From NCBI GenBank assembly GCA_030704615.1, contig CM060733.1, positions 43,152,001 through 43,216,000 of the forward strand: 64,000 bases of DNA, written 5' to 3'. This document shows, in pieces, positions 63,335 through 64,000 of this stretch. The notes beneath the pieces are model-generated. The model ran no database searches. It had not been told where the DNA came from and saw only the letters and a program-made list of their open reading frames with translations. This stretch comes from Takakia lepidozioides. Taxonomy: Eukaryota; Plantae; Bryophyta. A program made the translations under genes and the position numbers. The number at the start of each line of letters is the position of its first letter. Position 1 is the stretch's first letter.

Positions 63335-63594
63335 TGGTAGTGGATATGACTAGTGGCAGCTCACAAGACATGGGAGGCCAAACTCATAGGACTCAATACC
63401 CAAGATCTCAGGCTCAAGTTCACAGGTTGCAAGACGGCGACTAACGATGGGGCAACTCTTGTACCCGGCCTCTTGATCTATCGAGTTTGAGTATAGTAGG
63501 GACAGTGGTGGAGGACTTAGTGAGGCTATGGCCACTATCACATCTTGTGGCTACCTGGACTTAGAGGGACCTAAGCGCCAACTAGGGTGGCGAT

Positions 63595-63820
63595 TGTGAT
63601 GGACTAGTGGCTGCACTAGTGGTGGCTAGTGGTGGACTAGTGACAGCCTAGTGATGGACTAGTGGCTGCCCTAGTGGTGGCTAGTGGCAGCCTAGTGGTT
63701 GGACTAGTGGCTGCACTAGTGGTGGCTAGTGGCAGCCTAGTGGTTGGATTAGTGGCTGCACTAGTGGTGACTAGTGGTGGCTAGTGGCAGCCTAGTGGTG
63801 CACTAGTGATAGACTAGTGT
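63595..63820 (+). repeat. CTAGTGG-based tandem array (~45-bp higher-order unit)
   Basis: Units such as ggactagtggctgcactagtggtggctagtggcagcctagtggtt; CTAG roughly every 10-14 bp. Confidence 0.9.
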
Positions 63821-64000
63821 TTGGTGTGCACATATGTTGTGTGGTTTGGATAGCGATGTAGTTATGTAGCGATATGTATGCGCACGACAGCTGTCAAGTT
63901 ATTTTACCACTAGTTTGAAGTTAGCCAGGAAATAGCTAGCTTTTATATATTGACATTTGGGATTGACCCAAGTGTCAATCCAGGGGCCAATACATGTTTG

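Noticed and set aside
63595-63820. CRISPR-like array
   Set aside because: No unique spacers; degenerate tandem repeat in eukaryotic TE context; no cas genes.

Overview
Eukaryotic nuclear DNA from a land plant, probably a non-seed (bryophyte-grade) lineage (inference from spliceosomal introns, a COI1-like F-box with the Marchantia-type Val, PLS-type PPR remnants, xyloglucan XXT and BPS1 genes). In order: a disrupted CWH43/PGAP2IP-like gene; a SAP-like/KEN-box gene; a COI1-like F-box/LRR gene; a GT34 xylosyltransferase with one frameshift; two convergent BPS1-like genes (one disrupted); a TE- and duplication-rich block (L1 remnants, PPR and OSB-PDF fragments); a CCX exchanger; an NSE2/MMS21-like SP-RING gene; a 14-kb multi-exon gene that splices an SbcD/Mre11-type phosphoesterase in frame to an SbcC/Rad50-type ABC-ATPase behind a transit-peptide-like leader; an L1 remnant; an intronless DUF1997 gene; and a degenerate composite retroelement (CRE-like non-LTR N-terminus, DNMT3-like C5 cytosine methyltransferase, Ty3/Gypsy integrase ending in a PHD finger, CTAG-rich array). 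The two most notable systems are the single-chain, probably organelle-targeted SbcDC nuclease and the methyltransferase- and PHD-carrying Gypsy-type element. All family assignments come from motif recognition by eye; no database search was run and some exon boundaries are approximate.
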